Assembly: GCA_002633005.1 (NCBI GenBank)
Contig: NMRA01000430.1
Span: 275,521 to 339,520 of the forward strand
Direction: 5' to 3'
DNA from: Phoronis australis
Lineage: Eukaryota > Animalia > Phoronida
DNA length: 64,000 nucleotides
The notes below the pieces were generated by a model. The model made no database searches and had not been told where the DNA came from. It saw only the letters and a list, made by a program, of their open reading frames with translations. Positions within the stretch are counted from its first letter, which is position 1. The number at the start of each line of letters is the position of its first letter. Positions 12,581 to 24,079 of the stretch are shown here, one piece after another. Both the position numbers and the translations under genes were made by a program.

Positions 12581-15500
12581 TGAGCGCGAACCTGGAAGGG
12601 GTATCCTTGCCATCCGGACTTGCCTCTCTGTAAAAAAATGTCCACACCCCTAGTAGACTACTCACAAATCACTTCTATCCGTTGTAAGTGAACATCTGCA
12701 TGTTTGTTGTTCAACTTCCATGGTAAAAGTTTCTAATGAGTTATTGCGATGCGTCATTGAGTAGTGCATGGAAATGAGGGTTCTGCTGTTTGTGGTAAAG
12801 TTTCCATTACTAACCGTGCATATAAATGGGGTGAAATAATTCATAGCTAACTAAAATAGTAATCATTTAGAAATTACCTTTGTGTTTAATATCTACTTTT
12901 TTACCAGCTCAAATATTTGCACAACTAGAAGGAATGAAATTTGAAATGGCATTATCTGTGGTATCGAAGTTTCACTTACTCAATATAACACCTATTTAGA
13001 TTACTATGTTGTTTTGATGGAAATAACGTCATAGAAAATTGACTCGAAACCCAAATTACAAACAAGTTTGGTCCCTGGTAAGTAATTGCACATGATTTGA
13101 TATAAAATCATTTTGTAAACAATTTAGTTCATAAAGCAAGCGCAACTCGACAATTTTACGGGACTGCTAGCTAACTCTGTGCATGTCACCTTGGTTTTGG
13201 ACTGGAAGTGAACAAAATACAAGCATGTTAATCAACGGAGTAAATATAAAAATGATAACATTAGCTTTGATGATCAAGTTTGTATTGATCATCGACGTAT
13301 GTACAAACGATAAAAATACGTGCTCCGCTCCACAAGTTCGTTACCAGAGATCGAAAGAAGATCAAATTTGGCGAAATAATGTCATTTATTATGACAAAAT
13401 ACAAAGAATGGAAATGAAAACGAAATATAACATCCAAAACTTCATAATCTCTAATAAGATGGGCAATACAAAAGCGCCACAAGATATGTTGAACACAGCG
13501 CATGCCCACTCCATCTGGACGCACTGGAAGAGAACAGTAGGGAGCTGGCGCATAGTTCAAAGCCGTACAGTATTGTGCCAGTCGGATACCCAACCCTGAC
13601 TCCAGGTGTCGAGCTTGGAGAGGGTGGTACATCATGTCCACATGCTTAAACAACTGCCACGTGTTCCCTCGTTATTGTGTCGTGGCTTTAGGTATTGGTA
13701 ATTCACTCACAGGTATACGACTGACGATTTCGCGTGACAGAATCCTGCAACTGAGTCGGTAGCAGAAAATAGCTGCTCGTAACTTTCTTTCTGGTTTCTC
13801 GTGTGCCATCTGAACCTGTACTTTGCTTTCATACGAAACTGCCAAACTCCCGGTACGTAAATATAAATACGAACTTTATTCAGCAAAGCTGGCGTCAATA
13901 TTAGTTTTCTAACGCGACCTAAAACTACGCTACATTTGTTGGAGAGTTAAATGCGCGCAATGAGGAAATCAACCCTGCCCGCCAACGACGGAAATACTAC
14001 TAAAAGCAGTTGGAAATATACATGTAATATCTGTCGAAATATGTTACCCAATGGATGATAACGAACGCTTTCATGGTAAAACGTTTTTTTCCAAAGAACA
14101 AATTTATCTGATGACTAACACCAGTTCTTGGCTACAGAATCAATAGCAGTCTGATCATCAGCGCTGATACCAGCAATTTGACGGGTACTTGTGGTGATGT
14201 AATTCTATTTATTTTCACCCTGATGATTGCTTTTAGGATAAATGCGAAACGTTCGTCATGAACTTGTTTGTATCTGCGCTGAGAATTTGGGCACGAGGTC
14301 CAATCTCTAGTCGAAACTAGAGCTAAAAAAGTGACCAATTGGATGACACGCCTCGAGTAAACTTGCAAATTTGTACCCGAAGCATGCAGCGTGATTGGTT
14401 TGATTTCGAGTCTGAGTCCGCGTCGAGTCTGGCGATTAGATCCTGCATCGTAGACCCAGATTACGAGATACATGTAATTTCCTTGCCAATGTCGAAAATG
14501 TCGTTTCTGTTTTTTGGTCATAAACGGTTTTAGCATGTATAAAATAGTATTTTCGCGCTTCAGGTTAATCTCGCTTTATACCGTAAATCCTCATGAATTT
14601 CTTTACCGGAATTTCTGGACCGGCATGAGATAGATAATTTGTGCGAAATACCTCTGAAGAAAAAAAATCACGTGTCGTCTTCTTGCTTCCTTAGATAATT
14701 TGGGTTAGTGGAAAATGAAATAGAAACACAAAGCGCTTAGTTGGGTGCCAACGAACAGCCAATAGACACAACGTGTGCATCTGGCACAGAACAGTTAGGC
14801 TGCGGCCGCTGCCAATTTGCAGTGCCAAAATATTAAAATTTAAGGGTAGGCCAGGCTTGGGGAAATTTTTAGGAAAAGCTTGCATGTAGGCTGTGAATGT
14901 GGTTTGTTTGTATTTGTGAACATGTTGTGAATGAAAAATGACCACTTGCCCGGCTGTAGTTGAAGTCTTTTTCAAGATGAGGGCCACCTATTGCAATTGT
15001 GCATTACTGTGTAGCGACTGCGACTTTAAGTAGCCCTCAAACAAGCTACATTTGCAAAAACTAATTTGTTGACAGCTCTTTTGGACCACGTTTGTGGAAT
15101 CGGTAGAAAATTTGCTTTCAGAATCTAATGTTGGCTTTGAGTCGGCGCCATCGCCACGGAAGTGGTAGTTTTAGGGTGAGAAGTGCCGATTGTGTGTTTT
15201 GCCCTTTTTTATTTTACCTAATTTTTCAGTAGGAGTGACAGTTTCAAAAATACATGAGATAATAAAGTTTCTGTGGTCATCTTCAGTGTTCGTGGTGTGA
15301 AATGACTCAAAACTTTTTCATTCTTCACCTACAGTTTTTGACAGAATGAAGAAAGGGTAACGAGTCCATTGACGTTTGTTCTGATAGGCAAACCCCTGTG
15401 AGAAATGTTGTGTGCCCCCCACACCTTACCAGTTGGTTGAAATCCGTGTAAGATTCCGACATATATGGATAAGACGAGCCTTTAAATGGTATTTTTTCAG

Positions 15501-16694
15501 GCGGCGTCAGACGTCCTATCTGTCGTGAGCCGTTTGGTGGAGTGTCGCCCGATATCTCGCTTGTGTTTTAGGACCGTAACCGGTACAACGAGAAATTGGA
15601 TTGTAGGTCACGTGAGGTCCAAAGAAGTCTTACTATTGTAATTTTACGGTCGTAGTATTTCACTCGTATTTTTGCGTTCGTATTTTTACGCTGGTAAAGT
15701 ACGAGCGTAAAACGACAAGTTCGAGTCAGTGGAAATGGAATAACCGACCCTTTTTTGCTAAAAAGGGGCGTCTATGGTACGTTATGAAGTGTTCAGAAGG
15801 TATATGAGTGCAAAACATTGAAAATATCGAAGACTGTCTGTTTTTTACCCGGTCATGCCCTGGCCATCCCAGGCATTTGAAATTGGTCCGGTTCAGTACA
15901 AATGAATATGGCAAATTGTATGTCTTTCAGGTTGTCTGACAAATGTTTTTATTGTATTTGTTGAAAGTACCATGCTTCGTCAATATTTAGGCTACGTTTT
16001 ATTCTCTTACTCTTAGCAGTGCGTGCAGGTGTTATATATCATTGCAAAAACATAGGTTCAAAACGGTTTCCGGAGGAGTTATGCAGTAGAATTTCTAAAT
16101 AGACCAGAAGGTCCGATTATAACCTGAGCCTAAGGTTCAGTATACCCAATGATTATTGTGTACATGTTGAATGGAACCAATAAGAGATAAGTGTTTCAGC
16201 TTTCAATGATGAAATATTTAGTAACCTTAATCACAGATGATAACACAAAAATGACATAGACAAAAAGTAGACCACATAACACTTTTACATAGGTTCCCTT
16301 GAAACAATGCGAAGAAATCAACCTCTCAGTCCGAAGCAATGGACAGAAATTCTAGCCAAACACAACATCGTACACAGCATTACACTGAATTCAAGAAGGG
16401 ATAGCGTACAATGTCAACAATCTCACCCGCATCAGGCGTTCGAGTAGTTCAACATTTCATTATCATGCTGCCCGTTGATAGAGATAGTTGTAGACCGAGA
16501 TTTTCGTATTTCGCAGTGTTAGATCACTAACTGTCGCGGTTTTAACTTGTTAAAACAATGACGTACCGTCCATACACAAACACACGCGTGCTCATTGAAA
16601 ATTCCAAGCAGACAAAGGTTGAACAGTGCGTTGTGCGTTCCAAATCCGAATGGTCATATTGAAAGTTCAGTCTTAGCTCTATACCTAGGGTTCC

Positions 16695-17531
16695 TGTTAA
16701 TGCAGGCAGTGTATATATATAGTTTCCCAATTTTCCTAGAGATGGCGTTCTCAATCACCCAGTGCCTCAGTTATATTTTTAGGGCGTTGTCTCGGAGTTA
16801 AGTCGTGATTTAAGCAACCCCCCTTTCGGTGGTATTATTTCCATTGGTTGTGTAAGTTGAGATACTGTCTGGGCCAATCAGCTTTCTATGTTTTCGCGGA
16901 GTATTTAAACGTCCGAACAAGCACCAGTTGCGTTATTCTCTACTGGATTGTCATATGTATCTTGTGTTGATTACCAGACTCTTATTGAGGCAAACGCTGT
17001 AAGTATACATTTGGTTATCGTTCGAAGTTAGATACCGATTTTTTGTATAGCTGTGCATTTGTAGTTTGCGTTTTGTTAGCTGTATACTGGACTATTATTA
17101 TGCAGACCTAGATATGCTGTTACGTTGCAACCATTGTGCTTTTTGGTAGTCAATTATTATGTTTACGTATTTCTTGTTGTATGCATATTTCTATTTTGTG
17201 AACTAGTTTTGCTGAGTGCTACAGTTGTCTATACGAGTTGTTCTTTCTTGGAACTTTAGGGGTTTATTCCGCCATGTTTTTTCCTGACTTTGTATTTTCC
17301 TCAAGTGCGGTTTCCGTTAGACATTAATTAAACATTACGTAGAAGGTGTAACGATATCGTGGTGGTTGGTTAATGCTAATGATATAGTTTAGACTTAGTA
17401 ACTTAGACTGTTTTTGTAAACGTTTCAGATAACCGATATGAAAACCGACGCAATACGATGTATCAACAATAAACGATGAACGAAATAAAGTATATCGAGT
17501 TGTAGACGCCTCTTTCTCTATTGCATCAACG
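16695..17531 (+). repeat. LTR copy 1
   Basis: Starts TGTTAATGCA and ends TGCATCAACG (imperfect terminal inverted repeat). TATTTAAA near 16902 and AATAAA near 17468 and 17484. Differs from copy 2 at only a handful of positions. Confidence 0.85.
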
Positions 17532-17560
17532 TTTGAGCAGCAATATTGTTATATCGTGCC

Positions 17561-20500
17561 ATGGAATCGACAGAGACTACCATAGCTCCAGTTATCGACG
17601 AAAACCCAACATGGCAATTCCACAGTGAGAGTCATCCACCAGAGGGCGTTAGTAAAGAGAGTCAGCCATCAGAGGGTGACATTAACGGCGTTGACGACGA
17701 CGGCGCGTCCAGTGCTGTGTCGCACTGGTCTAGTGTGAGCAGTGGTGGGTCATCGACAAAATCATCTGCGAAATGGAAATTGAAAAAAGCAAAAATTCTG
17801 GCGCGACAAAAGGCACTTAAAGAAGAACTTGCTCTGAAACAGAAAAAGCTTCAGTTGACACAGAGACTCGAGAATGAAAAACGTCGTTTGGATCAAGAGA
17901 CTGAGGAAGAACAGCTTCTGTTAGAGGTACGTGAGCAAGAGCTTAAACTAAAAACAGAACTGTCAATTGCTTAGGCTCACGAATCTTTGTGTGATGAATA
18001 TGATTCCAGTAATGCCATGAAGGCTATGTTACCCATGATGTCATCGATAGTTCATACCCCTCTGAAGCCAAATGCTGTTCTACCAAAGTCACATTCTATA
18101 GCGATTCCAAAGTGAGAGCTTTCTTCTGAATACGACGTTTTACCTCCTGTTTCCGTCTCAGGTATTGCGGTCGATGTCGTTGCCAAGAATTTTGGTGTTG
18201 AGAAGTTACATGCACACGATGTGAAAAATGCTGTGCCATTATAAGATTCGGCTGCCACCTGTTTCCCCCCTACATCTGAACCAGGTATTAAGACCAGCAA
18301 GTCAGCCATCCCAGCCAACTGTGTTGTTCCAGAAGGAAGCATACATGGAAGTCCATTAAACCCTAACGCTCATGTCTTCATGCCAGCTTCTGCAGGTGCC
18401 AACTACGTGCTGGACGCTTATCAACGGCTTGCAAGCTCAGTGTCATTACCAACGATTGAGGTACCGAAATTCAGTGGGGACATACTTAGCTATACCGCAT
18501 TCACCATGGCCTTTGACGCACGGGTGGCGTCGAGAGTTGCAGGAAGTTCCGACCTTCTGTACTATCTGGACCAACATCTTGTAGGTGAGCCCAAGGACCT
18601 TATTGGCGGGTGCGTGTACATGCCACCAGACCAGGGTTACATTACGGCTAGGAAGCTTTTAGACACAGAATATGGTGATCAGTATAAGATTTCCAACGCC
18701 TACATGAACAAGCTGAGACAATGGCCTGCAGTCAAAGGTGATGACGTCGTGGGTCTCCGACAACTAACTCATTTTCTTCAGAAGTGCCGCCACGCTATGT
18801 TTGGTATTTCATCTTTAGAGGTGCTTAATCACCCTTCCAACCTACAGACTGTGATGCGCAAGTTGCCAGCATATCTGCAAAACAAGTGGAGAGACAAGGT
18901 TGCTCAACTGAAGTCTGTATCCATCGTCACAACGTTTCCGGACATGGTCGACTTCATTCATAGGGCTCAGCAAGCTGCCAGTGATCCAGTGTTTGGAAGA
19001 GAAGCAGTGGCGGAGAAACCCCCAATCAGGGCGAATTCCACGACTAATCGACGTATACAGAACTTCTCTACCGACACCAGGCAATTCCAGGAAAAGGGTG
19101 ATTCTAGACCTTTGTGTTTGTTTTGTAAACAACAACATGATATTGACAAATGTAAGTTTTTTCTAGGTAAGCCCGTAAGTGAACGCAAAGCCTTTATTAA
19201 AGACAAGCATTTGTGCTATGGGTGTTTGGGAAGAAACCATACTTCTAAGGGGTGCTTGAAGAAGAGAGTATGCAGCAAGTGTTCGAGACGTCACCCCACC
19301 TGTCTGCACGACGATCAGTTTGTATCGAAAGACAGCGGTAGCGAGAGTCAGCAGACTGATGTGAAGAATTTCAGTGCAGGTGAGATCGATGGTAATGGTC
19401 ATTGTTGTATGTCAACTGAAATAAACGAGGTTCTACAAGCTATTCTTCCAGTTAGAGTTCGCCACGAATCTTCCAGTGTGACTGTGGATACCTACGCGTT
19501 ATATGACCAAGGGAGTACTGCCTGCTTCGTGTCTGATCAGCTGCTGGAACAACTAAGTGCTCCTTCTATACCTACGAAGCTTCGTCTCAACACCATGCAT
19601 GGAACCTCCTATGTTGAGTCGCAGATTGTCAGTGGTCTAACTGTGATGGACTGGGAAGGTCAAAACGCTGTCCTGTTACCCAAGGCATACTCACGTCATG
19701 AAATACCAGTAAGTCACCGCCACATCCCGAGACCTGAGATTTTACGAAAATCGGTGAGTCTAGTGAATTTGGCTAGTCGTATTCCTGAGTTTGTACCTGA
19801 CCTTGACATTGGTATGTTAATTGGCAGTGATTGTCCAAGAGCTTTGGAACCACTTGATGTCTTTCCAGCGAGCGACCAGGGACCATTTGGTGTTCGACTA
19901 CGTCATGGATGGACCGTGAACGGACCGACCAAAGCTTCAGTTGAGAGCGACGATCCAGTTTTGTGTAATCAGGTTGCAGTCAAGGACTTGGGTGTCACCA
20001 GTGATAAAACAGGTAAACACGATTACGACAAGATTCTCCAGGTGCTTGAGCGAGATTTCAATGATTCTAAAGGACTTCATTCCGACGAATGCGGCCTGTC
20101 AATGGAGGACAAACGGTTTATGGACATAGTAGAGGAGGGAATTCACAAGAAAGATGGTCATTATGTGGTTCCACTGCCCTTCCGTGAGCGCAACCCCATC
20201 ATGCCAAATAACAGGGTACAGGCCATGCAGAGAGCACTGTGGCAGCGAAAGAAGATGTTGCGATCCGACCGGTATCATCAAGACTATGTCAAGTTTATGG
20301 TTTCCCTGTTTGACAAAGGTCACGCCAAAGAAGTCCTTGATCACAAGTTATCTGCTGCGCCAGGACGTGTTTGGTATCTGCCTCATCATGGGATATACCA
20401 CCCTAGAAAGCCAGAAAAGATAAGAGTAGTTTTTGACTGCAGCGCTAGATATGAAGGTGTCTCTTTGAATGATAGTCTACTGCAAGGACCGGATTTTGTC

Positions 20501-22053
20501 AACTCTCTTATCGGCGTGCTGCTAAGATTTCGTGAGGAACCTGTGGTGATCGTAGGTGACATAGAAGCAATGTTCCACCAAGTTAGGGTACCAGAAGAAC
20601 AGTGCGACTTTCTGTGCTTCCTGTGGTGGCCTAATGGGGATTTAAACAGCGAGCTGAGGGAATATCAGATGACAGTGCACATCTTTGGGGCTGTTTCTTC
20701 GCCCAGTGTTTGTGATTATGTTCTGAAACGGATTCCCCAAGACAACACTGTGTCGCAAGGTGTCAACGAGACCATCCAGCACAATTTCTACGTTGACGAC
20801 TGTCTGAAGTCTATAGAGAAGGAAGAGGATGCCATACAATTGGTTCAGGAGCTACGACATGCGTGCTCTTTGGGTGGATTCCGATTAACTAAGTTTCTCA
20901 GTAACCGCGCTGCGGTTATACGTTCAGTACCTCCAGAAGATAGATCGGCTGTTGGGCAGGCAATTACTTTTGATGACAACATCCACATTGAACGAGCTTT
21001 GGGAATCCAGTGGACATCACGTCGGACGAGTTCCAGTTTTCTGTCACCTTGACTTCCAAACCAGCAACACGCAAAGGCATTTTGTCTACAATTTCGTCTA
21101 TTTTTGACCCCCTTGGATTTGTTGCTCCCCTTATCCTGCCGGCGAAGAAACTGCTACAAGACTTATGCAAGTCCACCTCTTTAGACTGGGACGACGAGGT
21201 TCCAGGTGAGTACAGCATTCTCTGGCAAAAATGGCTCTATGATATATCTGCACTCCAGAATGTGACCGTTAGACGTTGTTTGAAGCCTGTGTTGTTTGGT
21301 AAAGTCTCATCATGTCAGCTTCATCTCTTCTCTGATGCCAACACCGTTGCTTATGCGTCGGCCGCTTATTTGCGTCTGTGCAACACCGAGGGCCAGATTC
21401 ACTGCACGTTCCTCATGGGCAAGGCAAGGGTTGCACCTCAGAAAAGGACTGTGACTGTTCCCCGACTGAAGCTTATGGTGGCCACTGTCTCCATTCGTCT
21501 TAGTCGCATTGTGCTAAGAGAGCTACAGGTACCTGATACTGTTACATACCACACAGATTCCACAGCTGTATTGAATTTTATACGTAATGAGACCAAACGA
21601 TTTCCTATCTTTATAGCAAACCGGGTGCAACAGATTCGTGACTTCTCGGAGCCTGACCAGTGGAGGTACGTCGACACCACTTGCAATGCAGCCGACGATG
21701 GTTCAAGAGGTGTTACTACTCAGAGTTTCTTCAACCAGAGGCGATGGCTAGACGGTCCAGAGTTTCTGTGGAAAGCCGAGAGCGATTGGCCAGTTAAATC
21801 AACTGTTTTGCATGATTTGTCTCATGATTCTGATTTTACAGCTACTGTCGGAGCAGTCTCCGCTGATGGTGAAGATACAGGTGACTACATGGATCCGCTA
21901 AACGCCCTTATCGCCCATTATTCTAGTTGGCATCGCCTATGCAGAGCTGTTGTTTACCTTCTCCGACTGAAGTCATTCCTGCGAAAACGAGCCAGCAAAA
22001 AGAGTCTGCGAACAGCCTTGATACCAGTTGTTTCATGTAGACTTTGTAGTTAG
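17561..22053 (+). pseudogene. BEL/Pao gag-pol pseudogene (Gag, Zn knuckles, aspartic protease, RT, RNase H; integrase missing)
   Basis: Gag LNPNAHVFMP and PKFSGD; CLFCKQQH..C, CYGCLGRNH..C and CSKCSRRH knuckles; protease YDQGS; RT YLPHH/RVVFD/GDIEAMF/YVDD; RNase H FSDA/TDS/ADDGSRG. In-frame stops at 17972, 18113 and 18242; 1-bp frameshift near 21012; no HHCC/DDE integrase before the PPT. Confidence 0.92.
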
Positions 22054-22095
22054 TTCTCAGTTGGTGGAGTTAAGCATTTCTGCTTCCAGGGGGAG

Positions 22096-22930
22096 CGTAA
22101 ATGCAGGCAGTGTATATATATAGTTTCCCAATTTTCCTAGAGATGGCGTTCTCAATCACCCAGTGCCTGTTATATTTTTAGGGCGTTGTCTCGGAGTTAA
22201 GTCGTGATTTAAGCAACCCCCCTTTCGGTGGTATTATTTCCATTGGTTGTGTAAGTTGAGATACTGTCTGGGCCAATCAGCTTTCTATGTTTTCGCGGAG
22301 TATTTAAACGTCCGAACAAGCACCAGTTGCGTTATTCTCTACTGGATTGTCATATGTATCGTGTGTTGATTACCACACTCTTATTGAGGCAAACGCTGTA
22401 AGTATACATTTGGTTATCGTTCGAAGTTAGATACCGATTTTTTGTATAGCTGTGCATTTGTAGTTTGCGTTTTGTTAGCTGTATACTGGACTATTATTAT
22501 GCAGACCTAGACATGCTGTTACGTTGCAACCATTGTGATTTTTGGTAGTCAATTATTATGTTTACGTATTTCTTGTTGTATGCATATTTCTATTTTGTGA
22601 ACTAGTTTTGCTGAGTGCTACAGTTGTCTATACGAGTTGTTCTTTCTTGGAACTTTAGGGGTTTATTCCGCCATGTTTTTTCCTGACTTTGTATTTTCCT
22701 CAAGTGCGGTTTCCGTTAGACATTAATTAAACATTACGTAGAAGGTGTAACGATATCGTGGTGGTTGGTTAATGCTAATGATATAGTTTAGACTTAGTAA
22801 CTTAGACTGTTTTTGTAAACGTTTCAGATAACCGATATGAAAACCGACGCAATACGATGTATCAACAATAAACGATGAACGAAATAAAGTATATCGAGTT
22901 GTAGACGCCTCTTTCTCTATTGCATCAACG
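22096..22930 (+). repeat. LTR copy 2 (followed by a second gag start, 22960-23219)
   Basis: Direct repeat of 16695-17531 beginning CGTAAATGCA, preceded by the PPT. Downstream sequence repeats 17532-17820. Confidence 0.85.
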
Positions 22931-23219
22931 TTTGAGCAGCAATATTGTTATATCGTGCCATGGAATCGACAGAGACTACCATAGCTCCAGTTATCGACGA
23001 AAACCCAACATGGCAATTCCACAGTGAGAGTCATCCACCAGAGGGCGTTAGTAAAGAGAGTCAGCCATCAGAGGGTGACATTAACGGCGTTGACGACGAC
23101 GGCGCGTCCAGTGCTGTGTCGCACTGGTCTAGTGTGAGCAGTGGTGGGTCATCGACAAAATCATCTGCGAAATGGAAATTGAAAAAAGCAAAAATTCTGG
23201 CGCGACAAAAGGCACTTAA

Positions 23220-23875
23220 NNNNNNNNNNNNNNNNNNNNNNNNNNNNNNNNNNNNNNNNNNNNNNNNNNNNNNNNNNNNNNNNNNNNNNNNNNNNNNNNN
23301 NNNNNNNNNNNNNNNNNNNNNNNNNNNNNNNNNNNNNNNNNNNNNNNNNNNNNNNNNNNNNNNNNNNNNNNNNNNNNNNNNNNNNNNNNNNNNNNNNNNN
23401 NNNNNNNNNNNNNNNNNNNNNNNNNNNNNNNNNNNNNNNNNNNNNNNNNNNNNNNNNNNNNNNNNNNNNNNNNNNNNNNNNNNNNNNNNNNNNNNNNNNN
23501 NNNNNNNNNNNNNNNNNNNNNNNNNNNNNNNNNNNNNNNNNNNNNNNNNNNNNNNNNNNNNNNNNNNNNNNNNNNNNNNNNNNNNNNNNNNNNNNNNNNN
23601 NNNNNNNNNNNNNNNNNNNNNNNNNNNNNNNNNNNNNNNNNNNNNNNNNNNNNNNNNNNNNNNNNNNNNNNNNNNNNNNNNNNNNNNNNNNNNNNNNNNN
23701 NNNNNNNNNNNNNNNNNNNNNNNNNNNNNNNNNNNNNNNNNNNNNNNNNNNNNNNNNNNNNNNNNNNNNNNNNNNNNNNNNNNNNNNNNNNNNNNNNNNN
23801 NNNNNNNNNNNNNNNNNNNNNNNNNNNNNNNNNNNNNNNNNNNNNNNNNNNNNNNNNNNNNNNNNNNNNNNNNNN
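23220..23875. other. Assembly gap (N run)
   Basis: 656 consecutive Ns. Confidence 1.
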
Positions 23876-23948
23876 TCCCCCCCCCCCCCCCCCCCCAGCT
23901 TCATCCTTGATCTGCCAGTGCAGCTATTGCACTCCCGGAGACGTAGTG

Positions 23949-24079
23949 CTATGATAGGAACAGTAGAAATATAGTTAGAACCAGACACGTGATGTCAACT
24001 GCACATCTCGGAGCAGGCCCCTTGTCGTGGACTGAAGCGTATGGCGGTTCCGTCGCCGGACACCACGAGGTTTTCGTAT
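23949..24079 (-). CDS. Exon 15, terminal (TKTSWCP...CLVLTIFLLFLS*)
   Basis: TTTCTAG acceptor in phase 1; ends in a hydrophobic tail with no cytoplasmic extension; TAG at 23949-23951. Confidence 0.72.

Larger units (their letters stand above)
16695..23219 (+). mobile_element. BEL/Pao LTR retrotransposon, defective, arranged LTR-internal-LTR-internal and running into the gap
   Basis: Two ~835-bp direct repeats enclose gag-pol. A purine tract AGGGGGAG lies just before the second LTR, and the gag 5' end restarts after it. Confidence 0.93.

Noticed and set aside
13183-13653. Overlapping 138-aa and 130-aa ORFs
   Set aside because: No motif or splice support in any frame I translated.
17972-18244. 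Programmed stop-codon readthrough or a variant genetic code in gag
   Set aside because: Three different stop codons plus a frameshift and a deletion fit ordinary decay; the host genes use standard stops.
22945-23988. Long ORFs of 321 aa and 275 aa
   Set aside because: They are long only because they run through the N gap; the real part is the repeated gag start.
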